Position numbers and translations under genes: made by a program. The notes beneath the pieces were generated by a model that saw nothing but the letters and a program-made list of their open reading frames with translations, had not been told where the DNA came from and ran no database searches. This document shows positions 46,855 to 61,359 of a stretch of 64,000 bases of DNA, piece after piece; within the stretch, counting starts at the first letter, position 1; every line of letters begins with the position of its first letter. The DNA is taken from positions 7,502,001 through 7,566,000 of the forward strand of contig NC_043000.1 in NCBI RefSeq assembly GCF_006345805.1, written 5' to 3'. This stretch comes from Octopus sinensis. Its lineage: Eukaryota.

Positions 46855-46931
46855 AATAATTATTACCTTTGAAGGTCTTTATGGCCATGCTGGCCACTTG
46901 ATAAGATCGATATTTAAATTAATGATCTTAT

Positions 46932-47070
<139 letters not shown>

Positions 47071-47129
47071 GTGGATTCTCCCATCGTTAGATGACACATG
47101 AGGGTTTGACAATTTCTTACCTATTTCTT

Positions 47130-48790
47130 ACCTATTTTAAGCTTACAAACAAATAATTTTATTTTTTAATACAGTACAGTAAAAAAAAAATGTAATATAA
47201 ATTTATAATACAATTTGGTGGTGTTTACAATACATCGCGGACACTTTATTTATGAAGGCTGTTTGCAATAACACATAGTAAAATAAAAGTCTTTTTTAAG
47301 CTTAAAAAACAAATTCAGTAATTATCATTATTTTGCAATAGTAAAAAAAACTAAATTATTTTAAATTTACCAATATGTACATACAATTTGGTGGTTTACA
47401 TTGCGGATGTAGATGACTGTGGATCGTCAACATCAACAGCTGACTCTGGCTGTTCTTGTTGTTCGATGCACTTAAAAAACCGGTTGAGAGTTCCTTGAAC
47501 TGTCTTCTTCTTTTCCTTAAGGATTGCATTATAAGGAGCAAAAACTAGATGACAAGCCCCCCCCATAATCTTGAAAAAGCGTTAAGCATTTGGGTCCATA
47601 TCCTTGAACATAGAAAAACCTTTTTTGGTATGTGCAAATGCTTGCTGCATTTTCTTAATGGTAAAGTGACGTGGCTCAGGTTCGACTTACACTTCTTTAT
47701 TTTGCTGCTCGTGAAGCTCTCTCAAATCCTCGTGCGTCAGGGGCTGTTTGTCTTTTTAAAATAAATCTGAAATCCTCCTCCTCCAAATCCATTTCCAGTT
47801 CTTTGCTCATAGACACCAACATTTTGTTGATGATAACATTATCAAACCCCTTAAAATCTTTCACGAATTAGCTTCTTCCTGACACCATTCATAGCTATGC
47901 TCTGTACAACATTCCATGCTGCTATGTTCTGTACAGCCTTGTAGATATTGGTTCTCTTCCAAAAGTCACGAAGTGTGATGGACTCATCAAGATCAGCTGC
48001 AGCTATTGCATATAGTAATGTTTGAAGATAGCAATTATTCCCTGATCCACTGGCTGCAGAAGAGATGTGGTGTTCAGAGGGAGGTATATGATGGTAACGT
48101 TGGGGTCAAAACCGACGATGTTTTGCAGGAGGCCAGGAGCATTATCTAAGATGAGTAAGATTTCAAAAGAATCCTCCTCTTCTTACGGTACTTCTCTGCT
48201 GCTGAGATAAAATGATTGAAGAACCAATCTTCAAAAACAACAACAGTAACCCATGCTTTTGAATTAGCCATCTTTCTCATCTGGATATTTTTTGTTCAGG
48301 TCCCCAAACAAAGACGCTGCTTTCTCTTGAATGATTTCTTGACTAATAGTAGCACGCTAATGATTCAACCTAACAATCCAAAGAGAATGAAGACTTCCTA
48401 TTTCTTCAAAGATTTTGCCACTTTTCTTGTTGAGACAATGTTCTTCATCCCTGGGGCTTCAGATTTGATATGTGCTAAAATCTTGTCCTTATTATGTACA
48501 ATTGTCGATACAGTTGTCTGACTCATCCGAAAAGATTGTGCAATTTCTACCTCTTTTCACATTTTTCATGGCGTTTTATCACTGTCAGTTTATTTTCCAG
48601 TGTTAGCATGATGCTTAGCACTTTCAAAATGAATTTTCTTAGGAGCCATGGGGACAAAGAATAAAGTCACAAATGAATGAGAATTAGAAAGTACCCAATA
48701 AACAGACGTAAGCAAATCTGAATTTAAAATAATCGTGGGAATCATAAGTGACAGCGACGCCTAACGGTAGATATTAGAACTACGATGCAA
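47130..48790 (-). mobile_element. Tigger/pogo DNA transposon remnant (CENP-B-type HTH and DDE, internally deleted)
   Basis: ATG at 48649 MAPKK..LENKL.VIKRHE..TTVSTIV..KDKI, IIQEKA, WVT..VFEDWF, ILLILDNAPG, YLPLNTTSLLQPVDQGIIAIFK.YY. TIRs were not identified. Confidence 0.88.
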
Positions 48791-49036
48791 TATGAGCCCC
48801 TAAAAACCAATAAATAAGACAACACAGCTGATTTCATGATTTCATTCACTAAGCTACACTACTTTATGGTGTGTATTTTAACATTTACTGCACATATTTT
48901 AATTTGATTTTATGTTCCTTTTGTGTGTTTCTGTGTGTTTCTTAAATGGCTTATAAACACTTTCCACGCTGCAATTGTTTTTGTTCCAGCACACGATCTC
49001 AGATCAGGTCACTTGCTATGCAAGTACATCTCCATA

Positions 49037-49069
<33 letters not shown>

Positions 49070-49204
49070 TATAAATCTTTAAATCGTTTCACCTTCAAAG
49101 CTGTGTCATGCTGGGGCACAAATATATTTTATATATTATATATATATATATATATGTGTGTATGTATGTATGTATGTATGTATGTGTATATATATATATA
49201 TAGA

Positions 49205-49520
49205 GAAGGCATATGGTTTAGTGGTTAGGGTGTTGGAATCAAGATTGTAAGGTTGTGGGTTTGATTCCTGGCAGCACATTGTGGTCTTGAGCAAGACACT
49301 TTATTCCACATTGCTCCTGTTCACTCAGCTGACAAAAATACATAGTTCTGTATTTTGAAGGGCCAGCCTTGTCACATCCTGTGATACATAGAATCTCCTT
49401 GAGAACTACTTTAAGGGTATGTGTGTCTGTGGAGTACTCAACCACTTGTGCATTAATTTTATGAACAGGCTGTTCTGTTGACTGGATCAACTGGAACCCT
49501 CGTTGTAACTGACAGTGCCA
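49205..49520 (+). mobile_element. Family E tRNA SINE
   Basis: Head ggcatatggtttagtggttagggtgttgg..gggtttgattcc and CORE-like gtcttgagcaagacacttt. Confidence 0.8.
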
Positions 49521-49624
49521 GCGATATGTATATGTGTGTGTGTATATATATATGTGTGTGTTTGCATGTGTGTGTGTGTGTGTGTATGCATATTTATATG
49601 TATGAATATGTATGTGTGTATACA

Positions 49625-49865
49625 TTCTTTTATTCTTTTACTTGTTTTAGTCATTTGATTGCAGCCATGCTGGTGTACTGTCTTTTAGTCAAAGAAATCG
49701 ACCCCAGGACTTATTCTTTGTAAGCCTGGCACTTATTTTGTTGGTCTCTTTTGCTGAACTGCTAAGTTACGGGGACATAAACACACCCACATCAGTTGTC
49801 AGGCGATGTTGGGGGGATAGACACAGACACAAAGACACACACATTCATAAATACATATGTGTGTA

Positions 49866-49896
<31 letters not shown>

Positions 49897-50058
49897 GTAT
49901 ATGGCAGGCTTCTTTCAGTTTCCGCCTGCCAAATCCACACACAAGGCTTTGGTTGACCTGAGGCTATAGTAGAAGACACTTGCCCAAGGTGCCACACAGT
50001 AGGACTGAACCTGGAACCATGTGATTGGGAAGCAAGCTTCTTACCACACAGCCACACC
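49625..50058 (-). mobile_element. Full-length family B SINE
   Basis: Reverse complement is collinear with 22563-22955. Confidence 0.85.
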
Positions 50059-50116
50059 TGATGTATAAATAATGGATATGTATCTGTATATATATATATA
50101 TATGTATGTGTCAGTG

Positions 50117-50175
<59 letters not shown>

Positions 50176-52319
50176 GTATGTATATAATGCATACCATTTC
50201 ATGAAACATTATTTAGCATCAGACTTCCATGTTTGATGGTATCCAAAAGAACAGAGGACTGAACAGTGTCTTTTACTGTCTGCTTTCGCATGGTTTCTAT
50301 GGCTCGATGTGTCCTTCCTAATGCTAACCACTTTACAGAGTGCACTGGTGAAGTTGCCTTACAGCTCGCATGATGTAGTCCGTGCAGGTAGTGGCAAACC
50401 TAGAGATGAAGGGGGGCTGTGAGTGATGGAGGAAGAAGTAAATGAACATAATATATGGGAGGACGCAGCTAGGCAGACCTGTCAGGGGAACAATGCACAC
50501 ACACACACACAGCTTCGTGATGGTTGTCTTTTGCAAGTATCACTAAAAGAGAAAGGAGCAAAGTCCCTATGTTCCTTATACCATATATGTGTGTGTGTAT
50601 ATGTACATACACACACACACACTCACACTCACACACACAGAGTAGTAGTAGTAGTATGGGGGTATGTGCTGCAACAGTGCATTGCTGCATTCACTATTCA
50701 TTGGTGAGTCCCTACTACTCCTGGTGGATGCTGCTTTTGCATCTCTCAGGCGACAACCCTCCAATCCATGGGTCTGTTTGGGTAGTCATTGCTGGTGAGG
50801 GTTTTTTTCAAGGTCGGAGTGCAATTCCTACCTCGACCATTTTTAGTTGCCTTTTATGACCTGCAGAGGAAAAGCTGAGTTTATTCTTTTAGCATGCTGG
50901 ACCCCACACAGCACCTCCCACCATGCACGCCTATGCACCATATACACACACACTCACTCACACAGATATATATATATATACACACACACATGCACATACA
51001 TATGTGCATACATATATTTGGTTTAATTAAACACTGTAATAATAGATGTTTTTATATCAAAATTATTTATATTCATATTATTTCTTTCTTTCATTTCAAT
51101 TCAATTGTCACAATTTATTTCAAAGTGAAAAAGTTAAACACATAAATAAAAGAAAAATATTTAATTCACTTCACTTGTCCAAAATGCACTTCCAAAATTT
51201 TCAATTTGTGTTTGCTCTTCACATTGTATCAACCATCACATTGGCTATATAATACATTAATTATAATCAGATTAAAGCAATGTACCATATATTTCCAATA
51301 CTAAAATCATTTGTCTTATTCAAGTGTATACCACATCATATATACATCATTCTATAGACTTATAAAATCTCTTTATATTAATGGCTATTGAAATTTTTCT
51401 GGTAAACATTCCGTGAATATTATAATTTCTAGCTTATTTTTACATCTCTTTGCGAATGTAATTTTCTCATGTCACAGACACAATGAAAACTGTAAGGATA
51501 TTATTCGCCTTAAATTTCCAGAGTTATGGTGACATTTTAAACTGTGTGTGAATAGAATATTTGTACTACTACAAAATCACGTGGAGAGCGTTCAGCTGTT
51601 TGGTTACTGAATTGTGCTGAACGACTGATTATTGGTCATGTAGAAATTGTTATGCAATGTTGTCTAATCTCTTGATTGTTTTATAATTAATACCCTAATA
51701 AATTAGTACGTCATTGAGATGTTTAATTTCTATTGAACTGCATACACACACACATCTATTATATTTCCCCTTTATTGTCTTCCCTTTGCCATTTGTTTCA
51801 CGGTAGGTAAGTGTTTCTACTTAGACTATGTTTGCATTCATTTATGTAAACGTAGCCGGTGGCCAAATATTTTCAACTTGGAGTAAAATGAATAGAAATT
51901 AATGCTAGCAGATAATTAAGGTTTCAGCTAAAATATTCAGCTAATGGCCATTAGTTTATGTTCTATAACAATGCTTTATTGAATTTATTGAATCATGTAG
52001 GAATAGCCATCACTATGTGGTTAAGTAGTTTGCTTCTCAACCATGTGGTTTCTGGGTTGAGTCCCAAAGCATAGCACTGTAAGCAAGGGTCTTCTATTAC
52101 TTTTATTGTGCCCCAGTTTGACCATAGCCCTGTGAGTGGATTTACTTGATGGACACTAATGAAAGAAGCCTTTCATTTACTCACAATGCTTGCACGTACA
52201 CACACACACACATAAAAGTAACAAATGCATATTTCACCATTGTTGTGGCTTGTCAATGTAATGAACTCCTGTCACTTCCAAAACAATACAATGGTTTGTA
52301 ATGACACGACAAAATCCAA

Positions 52320-52360
<41 letters not shown>

Positions 52361-52462
52361 CACAGGTGAGCACACAAGTGCAAAACAAGGTGAAAAAATA
52401 GTACTTGAATGCCAAAGGTAGAGTAATAAACTTTTTATCAAAGCTGCAAAATTATCACAGAA

Positions 52463-52500
52463 CTGTTACTCAGAGTTTCACGTTTCTGTTTGTGGGACAG
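52463..52500 (-). ncRNA. Degenerate hammerhead-like motif (family of 25648-25870)
   Basis: ctgt cccacaa aca gaaa cgt GAAA CTC t GAG TA acag. Stems I and III and the cleavage site fit, but the first core strand is not CTGANGA. Confidence 0.35.
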
Positions 52501-52513
52501 TTGTGATAAATAC

Positions 52514-52551
<38 letters not shown>

Positions 52552-52659
52552 TTGTAATTATAAAATCAAACCAAAGAGTGGAATTTTGAAATCATTTAGT
52601 ATGTATGTTTCAGGTCTGCATAATATAATCAAAAATGCATCTGATATATAAGACCTTTC

Positions 52660-53322
52660 CGTGCCGTTGGCATGTAAAATGCACCAATCCGATCGTGGCC
52701 GTTGCCAGCCTCCCCTGGCACTTATGCAGGTGGCACGTAAAAAGCACCCACTACACTCACGGAGTGGTTGGCGTTAGGAAGGGCATCCAGCTGTAGAAAC
52801 ACTGCCAGATCAGACTGGAGCCTGATGCAACCTCCTGGCTTCCCAGATCCCCGGTTGAACCGTCCAATCCATGCTAGCATGGAAAACAGACGTTAAACGA
52901 TGATGATGATGATGATATATAGGCTAAGGAGTGGCTGTGTGGTAAGTAGCGTGCTAACAAATCACATGGTTCCGGGTTTAGTTCCACTGCGTGGTACCTT
53001 TGGCAAATGTCTTCTACTACAGCCTCAGGCTGACCAAAGCCTTGTGAGTGGATTTGGTAGACAGAAACTGAAAGAAGCCCATTGTGTATATGTATATATA
53101 TGTATGTGTGTGTATATGTTTGTGTGTCTGTGTTTGTCCCCCAGCATCGCTTGACAACCGATGGCGGTGTGTTTACGTCCCCGTAACTTAACAGTTCGAC
53201 AAAATAGACCGATAGAATAAGTACTAGGCTTACAAAGAATAAGTCCTGGGGTCAATTTGGTTGACTAAAGGCGGTACTCCAGCATGGCCACAGTCAAATG
53301 ACTGAAACAGGTAAAAGAGTAA
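52660..53322 (+). mobile_element. RTE 3'-tail element (52660-52915) directly followed by a full family B SINE (52921-53322)
   Basis: Family motifs in order. Confidence 0.9.
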
Positions 53323-54109
53323 AATATATATATATATATTGGTTTGTATGTGTGTACCTTTTCATCTTGACATTACGTAAAGTGTCAAATGAATGTCACC
53401 ATTATACAATCTGTGTCATTTGATTTTAACCTTCCCTGAAATCTTGTCCAGTCATGGGGAAATGTTACTTTGTTTGAAAACAAATGAAAGTTGACAACAG
53501 GAAAGATATTCATCTGTAGAAAATCTGCCTTAATGAATTCCATCTGACCCATGCAAGCATGGAAAGTGGAGATTAAAACAATGATGATGATACACTGATA
53601 ATTGTGAAGTTGATGATGATGATGTTCTATAAAAATGTTTATAGAATTGATTAAATTAGAACCCAAAGCCTGTAGTTTCAGAATGGCAGTTTTCATATGA
53701 TCTTGAAGAAACTTGTTCTGATTTTATAACTGCTGTTTATAATGAATGCCCATATATGTCTACAGATGATATTACAGTGTCATTGTTATTTAGCACCAGG
53801 TCAACCCTCACTGAGCAAGATCTATGATCAAAGGCATTCTAATCGTGACCACTCCATTTTTCTCTCTTTTTTTTCAAGATAGTAGGTTGTAATTTTAGTG
53901 AGATTTGGCTGCTATTCCTAGAAGGTTGGGTAACAATGTTGAGGCTTTCTCATTAGCCATTAGCTAATGGTTTTGTTAACTGTGGTGTGTATACATGTGT
54001 GTATTTATATATATATATGTATATATAAATAAATCTTGTTTTGGAAGTGACATGAGTACATCACATTGGCAAGCCACAACAATGGTTAGGTATCTTCTTA
54101 ATTGCTCTA

Positions 54110-54680
54110 AATTTTAATAAGGCTGCATACCCTGTTACTTTAAGGACCAGAGTACCTCTAGAAAGTACTCTTACAACCTAACTGCTCTGAGTTTCTTAAG
54201 AGGCTGGGTATCTTCATTCTTTCTTCAATCTTTTTGATACTAACCCACCTAAAACTGCTATTGGTTCCATGACACAAACTTGCTGTTTTAAGATGATCTA
54301 AATTATCTTTCATCAAAATTTTATATTAACTTGTTCCAAACAATGGTTTGATAATGAGGAAATAATTTTACTAAATTCTTTATATTTTAAAAAATAATTA
54401 AAAACAGAGTCTGCACTTGTAAACAGAGATATGGTAAGAAAAGAGTAAAGGACCAAGTTACTCCAAGGCAATAGTTTTATACCTAAGTGCTTTGAGTTTC
54501 AATAAGGCTGGACATCCTCTTTTTTTTTTATTTTAAGGACCACGTTATCTCTACTGGGTAGTTTTATGCCTAACTGCTCTGAATTTCAATAGGGCTGGGT
54601 ATCTTCTTTTCTTATTACATGGACTAGGTTACTTCTTGGGGGTAGTTTTCCACCTCACTGTTCTAAATTTTAACAAATTT
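54110..54680. repeat. Old diverged ~80-bp tandem repeat interrupted by a TTAA-type MITE (about 54225-54410)
   Basis: Recurring ggacca.gtta..tc...tagttttat.cctaactgctctga.tttcaata.ggctgg.tatc, about five copies. Confidence 0.6.
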
Positions 54681-55317
54681 CACTTGGGAATTGATTTTAT
54701 TCAATTAACTAACAAAGAACTGACCTAGTGTCTGGCCCAAAGGAAATCAATATTTGTCACCAAGAGATGAAATTACTGAAAAGAAGTTACTAATTATATC
54801 AACAGAAAAGCAATATGTTAAACATTAAAAGATTGCAGAGATAGAAATCATGTTTATTATTGCTTTATAACCAACTACATTTACAGATGCAGTTATATAT
54901 CACATTACAAAACAACCTGCTGGGGATGACTAAAAATGCCTTTGGGGTGAAGTATAAATTGGAAGATGAACCACATTGTAAGAAGAATGGAGCAGAAGGA
55001 TTTTGTCTGTTGTTACATGTCATAATCATAGACATGTGTGTGTATGTATGTATGTCTCTCTCAACATCATATGGTAGTTGTAAATGAATTTCACCGTTAT
55101 GTAAGTCGTGTTTCTCATTTCTTCTGTGAAAACATGTCTAGCCTTGGTGAAAATATTATCTTGCTTGGAAACAAGTGAGGATTGGCAACAAGAAGGGAAT
55201 GCAGCTGTAGAAAATAGGCCTCAGCAAATACCATTTGAGCCATACAAGTAGGGAAAAGGGGACAATAAAACAATGATAACTGAGGTACTTGTTATTTGAT
55301 GCTGGCACTGTTTAGAC

Positions 55318-56089
55318 CAGGGGCTCTCAACTGGGGTCCATATGGATCCTTGGATTCCTTTTACTCTTTACTCTTTTACTTGTTTCAGTCATTTGACTGT
55401 GACCATGCTGGAGCACCGCCTTTAGTCAAGCAATGTTGGGGGGGGGACAAACACAGACACACAAACATATACACACATATGTACATACATATATATATAT
55501 ATATATATGATGGGCTTCTTTCAGTTTCCGTCTACCAAATCCACTCACAAGGCTTGGTTGGCCTAAGGCTATAGTAGAAGACACTTACCCAAGGTGCCAC
55601 ACAGTGGGACTGAACCCGGAACCATGTGGTTGGTAAGCAAGCTACTTACCACACAGCCACTCCTACGCCTATAAGATTTTTGGGGTTCATGACAATGAAA
55701 GAGTAAATTAGGGATTCACTTCACAGTAGTATATTAAGTGAGCATGCAAAGATTTTGCATTAGGATGGGCATCCAGCTGTAGAAACCCTACCAAATCAGA
55801 CTGTAACCTTGTGTAGCTCTCCAGCTTGCCAGCTCTTGTCAAACCATCCAATCTATGCCAGCATAGAAAGCAGATATTAAAAGAGGATGAGGATGATGGT
55901 GATAGTGTATTTATTGTAAGAAACAGCTCAGTTTCTTTCTGTAATGTTTTTTACATAGTTCAACCTACACAAGTTACTGTGTGAAAAGCAAAATAGGAAT
56001 TTTGAAACATCAAATAGTTATAGGGTTCCACTAGAATAAGATAGTAATCAAAGGGGTCCATAGATAAGAAAAATGGTTGAGAATCTCTG
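55318..56089. mobile_element. hAT-family MITE with a perfect 8-bp TSD, carrying a nested SINE and RTE tail
   Basis: TSD GTTTAGAC at 55310-17 and 56090-97. TIRs caggggctctcaac / gttgagaatctctg. Family B SINE at about 55350-55670 (-) and RTE tail at about 55755-55900. Confidence 0.88.
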
Positions 56090-56589
56090 GTTTAGACCAA
56101 AGCCAGATTTGATTGAGCAGGTCTTTGAGCAGAGGTATTCTTGCCACGAATATCATCTCTTTCAGATTCTGTGTCTAGGACAGTATTATTTCATGGGGTT
56201 TCCCATTTTAAAAATTCTTGAGTGTGAATTGTTGAAGATTTGGTTGCTAATTGTAGTGGGGGGTGAATGACCATATTTAGAGGCTCTCTTGCTGCTTCTA
56301 TTGATATAAACATGGTGAGAAATCTCTTCTATATTTGGCTCAAAGGCTTTTAAATGAGTCATGAAATCTATAACAATGCATTATTGACATGTTGTCACCG
56401 TGGTTGCTCTGACAGAAGTTCAATGATGCAATTTGAGCTGAATAGGCAGAATGGCTTCAATGGGAATTGACTTCAGATTTAAAACTTCCATAAGAAACTT
56501 AGCAATAAGGTTTATGTCTTGGACAAATATGATAGAGCATGAAAATATTCCATGCAGAATTATTAGAGCCATTGTTTTGATTAGTATTC

Positions 56590-56772
56590 TTTCTCCCGTC
56601 TGTTGTTACGTTCTGAGTTCAAATTCCGCTGAGGTCGACTTTGCCTTTCATCCTTTTGGGGTCGATAAATAAAGTACCAGTTTCCCACTGGGGTCGATGT
56701 AATCGACTTAATCCCTTTGTCTGTCCTTGTTTGTCCCCTCTGTGTTTAGCCCCTTGTGGGCAGTAAAGAAAT
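56590..56772 (+). mobile_element. Family A SINE lacking the A-box part
   Basis: Near-identical to 7300-7474. Confidence 0.9.
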
Positions 56773-57015
56773 ATATTCTTTCTCCTCATCACATGCAGTA
56801 GCCAACAGATATAGGCCATTTTCTGACTATAACCGGAGTATTATAGATTGGTACATTGTGATCTGCATGGCCAAGCTCAGCTATAATTATTTTAACCCTA
56901 GACAGTCATTTTCTTGAACACGAGTTTCTGTTTATTTTAAATTATTATTTAATTTGTTTCTCACAAAAAAGCTTGCACAAATACCATAAGACATGGTGGA
57001 TGCACCATGATTAAA

Positions 57016-57063
<48 letters not shown>

Positions 57064-57499
57064 AGTCTCTTTTCCCTTTTCTCCTCTCATTCTGTCCTCC
57101 TCTCTCACTCTCCCCATCCCCTCTCTTTAACAAAATATTTAACAATAAGATGAAAATAGTATTCTTGCTGCTTATGTAAATGTTACTGCACACAGAAATA
57201 ATGCACCATTGTAACTGCAGCAGCCAATTCTATGACTATTTATATTTTGAAACCAATTTATTCATTTTCTCTGATTCCAGTTGCTTCTAGAAAAGAATTT
57301 TCGATGGACATTTCTAAGCGTGTGCTTTGGAGAAATTTACTCAAAATCTCTTCTGATATATTAGGGAAAGTAAGCTTTCTAATATTTAAGCTGTGTAAGG
57401 GAAATAGTTGGTTGAATCAGTGAGGCGAATACTGTGCCTATATATCTTGCTATATATCTTAAAATATAACTGACTGACACTCTGTCAGTTACGACAATG

Positions 57500-58030
57500 A
57501 GCATTCCATTTGATCTTATCAACAGAACAGCCTGTTTGTGAAATCAAGGTGCAAGTGGCTGAGCACGCCACAGACATGCATACCCCTTATCGTAGGTCTC
57601 GGGGATAATGTGACAAGGCCAGCCTTTTGGATTAGAGTAACAACTCATTTTTGTCAGCTGAGTAAACTGGAGCAATATGAAAATAAAGTGTCTTGCTCAA
57701 GAACACAATGTGCTGATGGGAGTCAAACTCACAACCTTACAATCCTGAGCCTATTTCTCTGACCACAAAGCCATGTGTCTATCTTACAATATATACGGTT
57801 AATATTTTGCCTTTTATTCTTATGGTGTTGATAAGGGGGTGAGCTGGCAGAATCATTAGCACATCAGAGAAAATGCTCTGTGGCATTTCTTCAAGCTTTT
57901 TATGTTCTGAGTTCAAATTCCACTGAGGTTGACTTCGCTTTTCATTCTTTCAGGGTCAGTTGAGTACTGGGGTTGATGTGATCAACTATTTCCTTCCCCT
58001 AAAATAGCTGCCCTTCTGTCAAAATTCAAA
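57500..58030. mobile_element. Family E SINE (-, about 57500-57775) and diverged family A SINE (+, about 57835-58030)
   Basis: Family motifs. Confidence 0.7.
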
Positions 58031-59286
58031 ATCATTCTTATGGAGCTGATAAAATAAATACCAAACAAATACTGGGGTTGATTTTAATAAACTGTGCCCT
58101 TTTTCCATAATGTGGGGTCTTATACCGAATTTACAAATCATTATTTAAACTGTTTGGTATCTCAAATAGTTTATTTCCAACAATTTGTTTGAAATGTGTT
58201 TAAAAAAACTCCAAACCAGTAAATACTTTAGATCAACTAATTGTTTTACATTTTGTAAATAAAGGTCAAATCTGTATTTATATTACCCCAGGGAGTCAAT
58301 TTTCACTTCAGACAGTCACTGACTGTAATTTATATCTCGGCTTTATAGACTTGGTATTCTATGTGTAAATTCCCTTTGCACAGATTGTAGTAAATCAATA
58401 CATTCTAATACTGAAGTGCCCATACTTGGCACAAATATTATAACTCTGATCTGGTGAATGATAAGAACTTTCTTTTTATGAAAATTTGTTTTTTGTATTC
58501 ATAATCAACTATCTTATTTGTATTAGTTCCTGTTGCTTTTACTATATTCTAGCAGTGTGTGCTTCAAAGCTCAGGCATAACTTTTGCCAATGACCTAAGT
58601 CTCTGATGTTATCGACTTTTCTTATCCCTCCTCTGCCAATTTCTAGTTGTTATGATGTAAATTTTTCCCTCTCCGCAACCTTTACTGCACATATCCAAAT
58701 TCCAATTCTTGGGTTCATTTATGAAATCTTTTCAGATATTTTTGAAGTTTTTTAGACGAAATTTTTATGAGAAATGCCAGATAAAGTTCAGTCATTATTA
58801 TCAATGGGTGCAGGAAGGTGGCAAGCTGCAGCATTTCATTCATCTTGACATTCTGAGATCAAATTTTACTGAGGTCGACTTTGCTGGCCTTGTGCCAAAA
58901 TTTGAAATCATTATTAATGGGTACAGGTATCTGTGTAGGGATATATCTATATTTGTCATTATTATTAGTGGGTGCAGGTACATGTGCATAGATATATGTC
59001 TTGTTAAGGTTATCTGCTAAGGAACTCTGCCAGATCAAGATTGGAGCCTGGTGCAGCCATCTGGTTTGCCAGTCCTCAGTCAAATCGTCCAACCCATGCC
59101 AGCATGGAAAGCAGATGTTAAACAATGATGATAATGCTGATGATGACAGTAGAACATGGTATTGACTTATAAAAACGTTTAATATACTTTATAGTATATA
59201 ATGATTGTATAACAGAATACGGTCTCCCTAAAAGTAATTAAGATATGTCTAAATTTATCAATGCTCTTATTGTAGTCATTCTATTA

Positions 59287-59502
59287 TGAGGGGGTGCTGA
59301 AAAGTTCCAGGCTTTAAGGGTGTCACAGAAGGCATGGTTGGAGGCCCAACCTTCTGAGTTCTTTTACAGGGCTTAGAAAAACTGAAGGGCTGCTGCAATA
59401 AGTGGGTAAGCCTGAGAAGGGAATATGTTGAATAAAATCATAATTAACTGATCCTCCTGTATTTTCATTTACCCAAAGCCAGGAACTTTTCAGCACCCCT
59501 TG
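59287..59502 (+). mobile_element. Mariner-derived MITE (second family)
   Basis: TIRs gagggggtgctgaaaagttccaggcttt / aaagccaggaacttttcagcacccct and a residual transposase end CNKWVSLRREYVE*. Confidence 0.85.
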
Positions 59503-59714
59503 GATAACTGTGCCCCACCAACCTTCACAGTTGATATAATAAACTCTGAGGTAAGGGTTAGCAACAGGAAGAGCATTGGCTGTAAAAAAGTAATACTTGT
59601 CTAACCCATGATAACATAGAAAAATGGATGCAAAAATGAATGAAATAGATACCTTATGGACTTTCGTACAGTTTAGCCTGCCAAATTCCATTCTTAAGGT
59701 ATCAGTTTAGTGCA

Positions 59715-60150
59715 TGGATCAGTGGTTAGAGCATTGGGCTCACAATCATGAGGTAGTGAGTTTGATTCCCAGAGTGGGTTGTGTGTTGTGTTCTTGGGCA
59801 AGACACTTTATTTCACATTGCTCCAGTTCACTCAGCTGTAGAAATGAATTGCAATGTCACAGGTGCCAAGCTGTATCAGCCTTTGCCTTTCCTTTGGATA
59901 ACATCAGTGGCATGGAGAGGGGAGGCTGGTATGCATGGGCAACTCTTTTACTTGTTTCAGTCATGTAACTGCGACCATGCTGGAGCACCGCCTTTAGTCG
60001 AGCAAATTGACCCTGGGCCTTATTTTTTGTAAGCCTAATACTTATTCTAGCGGTCTCTTTTGGCGAAACGCTAAGTTACAGGGACGTAAACACACCAGCA
60101 TCGGTTGTCAAGCGATGTTGGGGGGATAAACACAAACATATACACACATA
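59715..60150. mobile_element. Family E SINE (+) interrupted at about 59945 by a family B 3' half (-)
   Basis: Family motifs. The E tail appears to resume at about 61525. Confidence 0.7.
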
Positions 60151-60159
60151 CATACATAC

Positions 60160-61345
60160 AGAAGTAGTTGATAGCTTCCGTTATCTTGGTGACCAAGTCA
60201 GTAGTGGGGGTGGGCGTGCTGAAAGTGTAACGGCTAGAGTAAGAATAGCCTGGGCAAAGTTTAGGGAACTCTTACCTCTGCTGGTGACTAAAGGCCTCTC
60301 GCTCAGAGTAAAAGGCAGACTGTATGATGCATGTGTACGAACAGCCATGCTACCTGGCAGCGAAACATGGGCCGTGACTGCTGAGGACATGTGTAAGCTC
60401 GCGAGAAATGAAGCCAGTATGCTCTGATGGATGTGTAATGTCAGTGTGCATACTCGACAGAGCGTTAGTACCCTGAGAGAAATCTTGGACCTAAGGAGCA
60501 TCAGTTGTGGTGTGCAAGAGAGACGATTGCGCTGGTATGGTCATGTGGCGAGAATGGATGAAGATAGGTGTGTGAAAAAATGCCAATCCCTAGCAGTTGA
60601 GGGAACCTGTGGAAGAGGTAGACCCAGGAAAACTTGGGACGAAGTGGTGAAGCACGACCTTCGAACTTTAGGTCTCACTGAGGAAATGACCAGCGACCGA
60701 GACCTTTGGAAATATGCTGTGCGTGAAAAGACCAGGCAAGACAAGTGAGTCCAGCCCACTTATGCATGCCTTTCCTCCCTTGGACACACAAAGACCTGTT
60801 GAGGCAAGCGAAGTCGATATCGAACCTCATCCGACGACAGGCACCTATTGCTTGCGAAGACCTGTTGGGACAAGTGAAATCGAAATCGAAATCGGAATCG
60901 AAATCGAACCAATCCTATGACTGGCACCCGGCAGATGCCAGGACCCCTGGACTGGAGATACGTAAAAAGCACTATCCGAATCGTGGCCATTGCCAGCGCC
61001 GCCTCGACTGGCTTCCGTGTCGGTGGCATGTAAAAAGCACCATCCGAATCGTGGCCGAAGTCAGTGCCACCTCGACTGGCTTCCGTGCAGGTGGCACGTA
61101 AAATGCACCAATCCGACCGTGGCCGATGCCAGCCTCGCCTGGCACCAGTGCAAGTGGCACGTAAAAAGCACCCACTACTCTCACGGATTGGTTGGCGTTA
61201 GGAAGGGCATCCAGCTGTAGAAACATTGCCAGATAAGACCGGAGCCTGGTGCAGCCTTCTGGCTTCCCAGATCCCCGGTCGAACCGTCCAACCCATGCTA
61301 GCATGGAGAACGGACGTTAAACAGTGATGATGATGATGATGATGA
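60160..61345 (+). mobile_element. 5'-truncated RTE LINE, close relative of 7503-8892, with one premature stop and a different 3' UTR module
   Basis: EVVDSFRYLGD..ARVRIAWAKFREL..; CGA>TGA at about 60425; (GAAATC)n at 60874-60907; four ~60-bp units; (gat)n tail. Confidence 0.93.
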
Positions 61346-61359
61346 TATATATATATACA

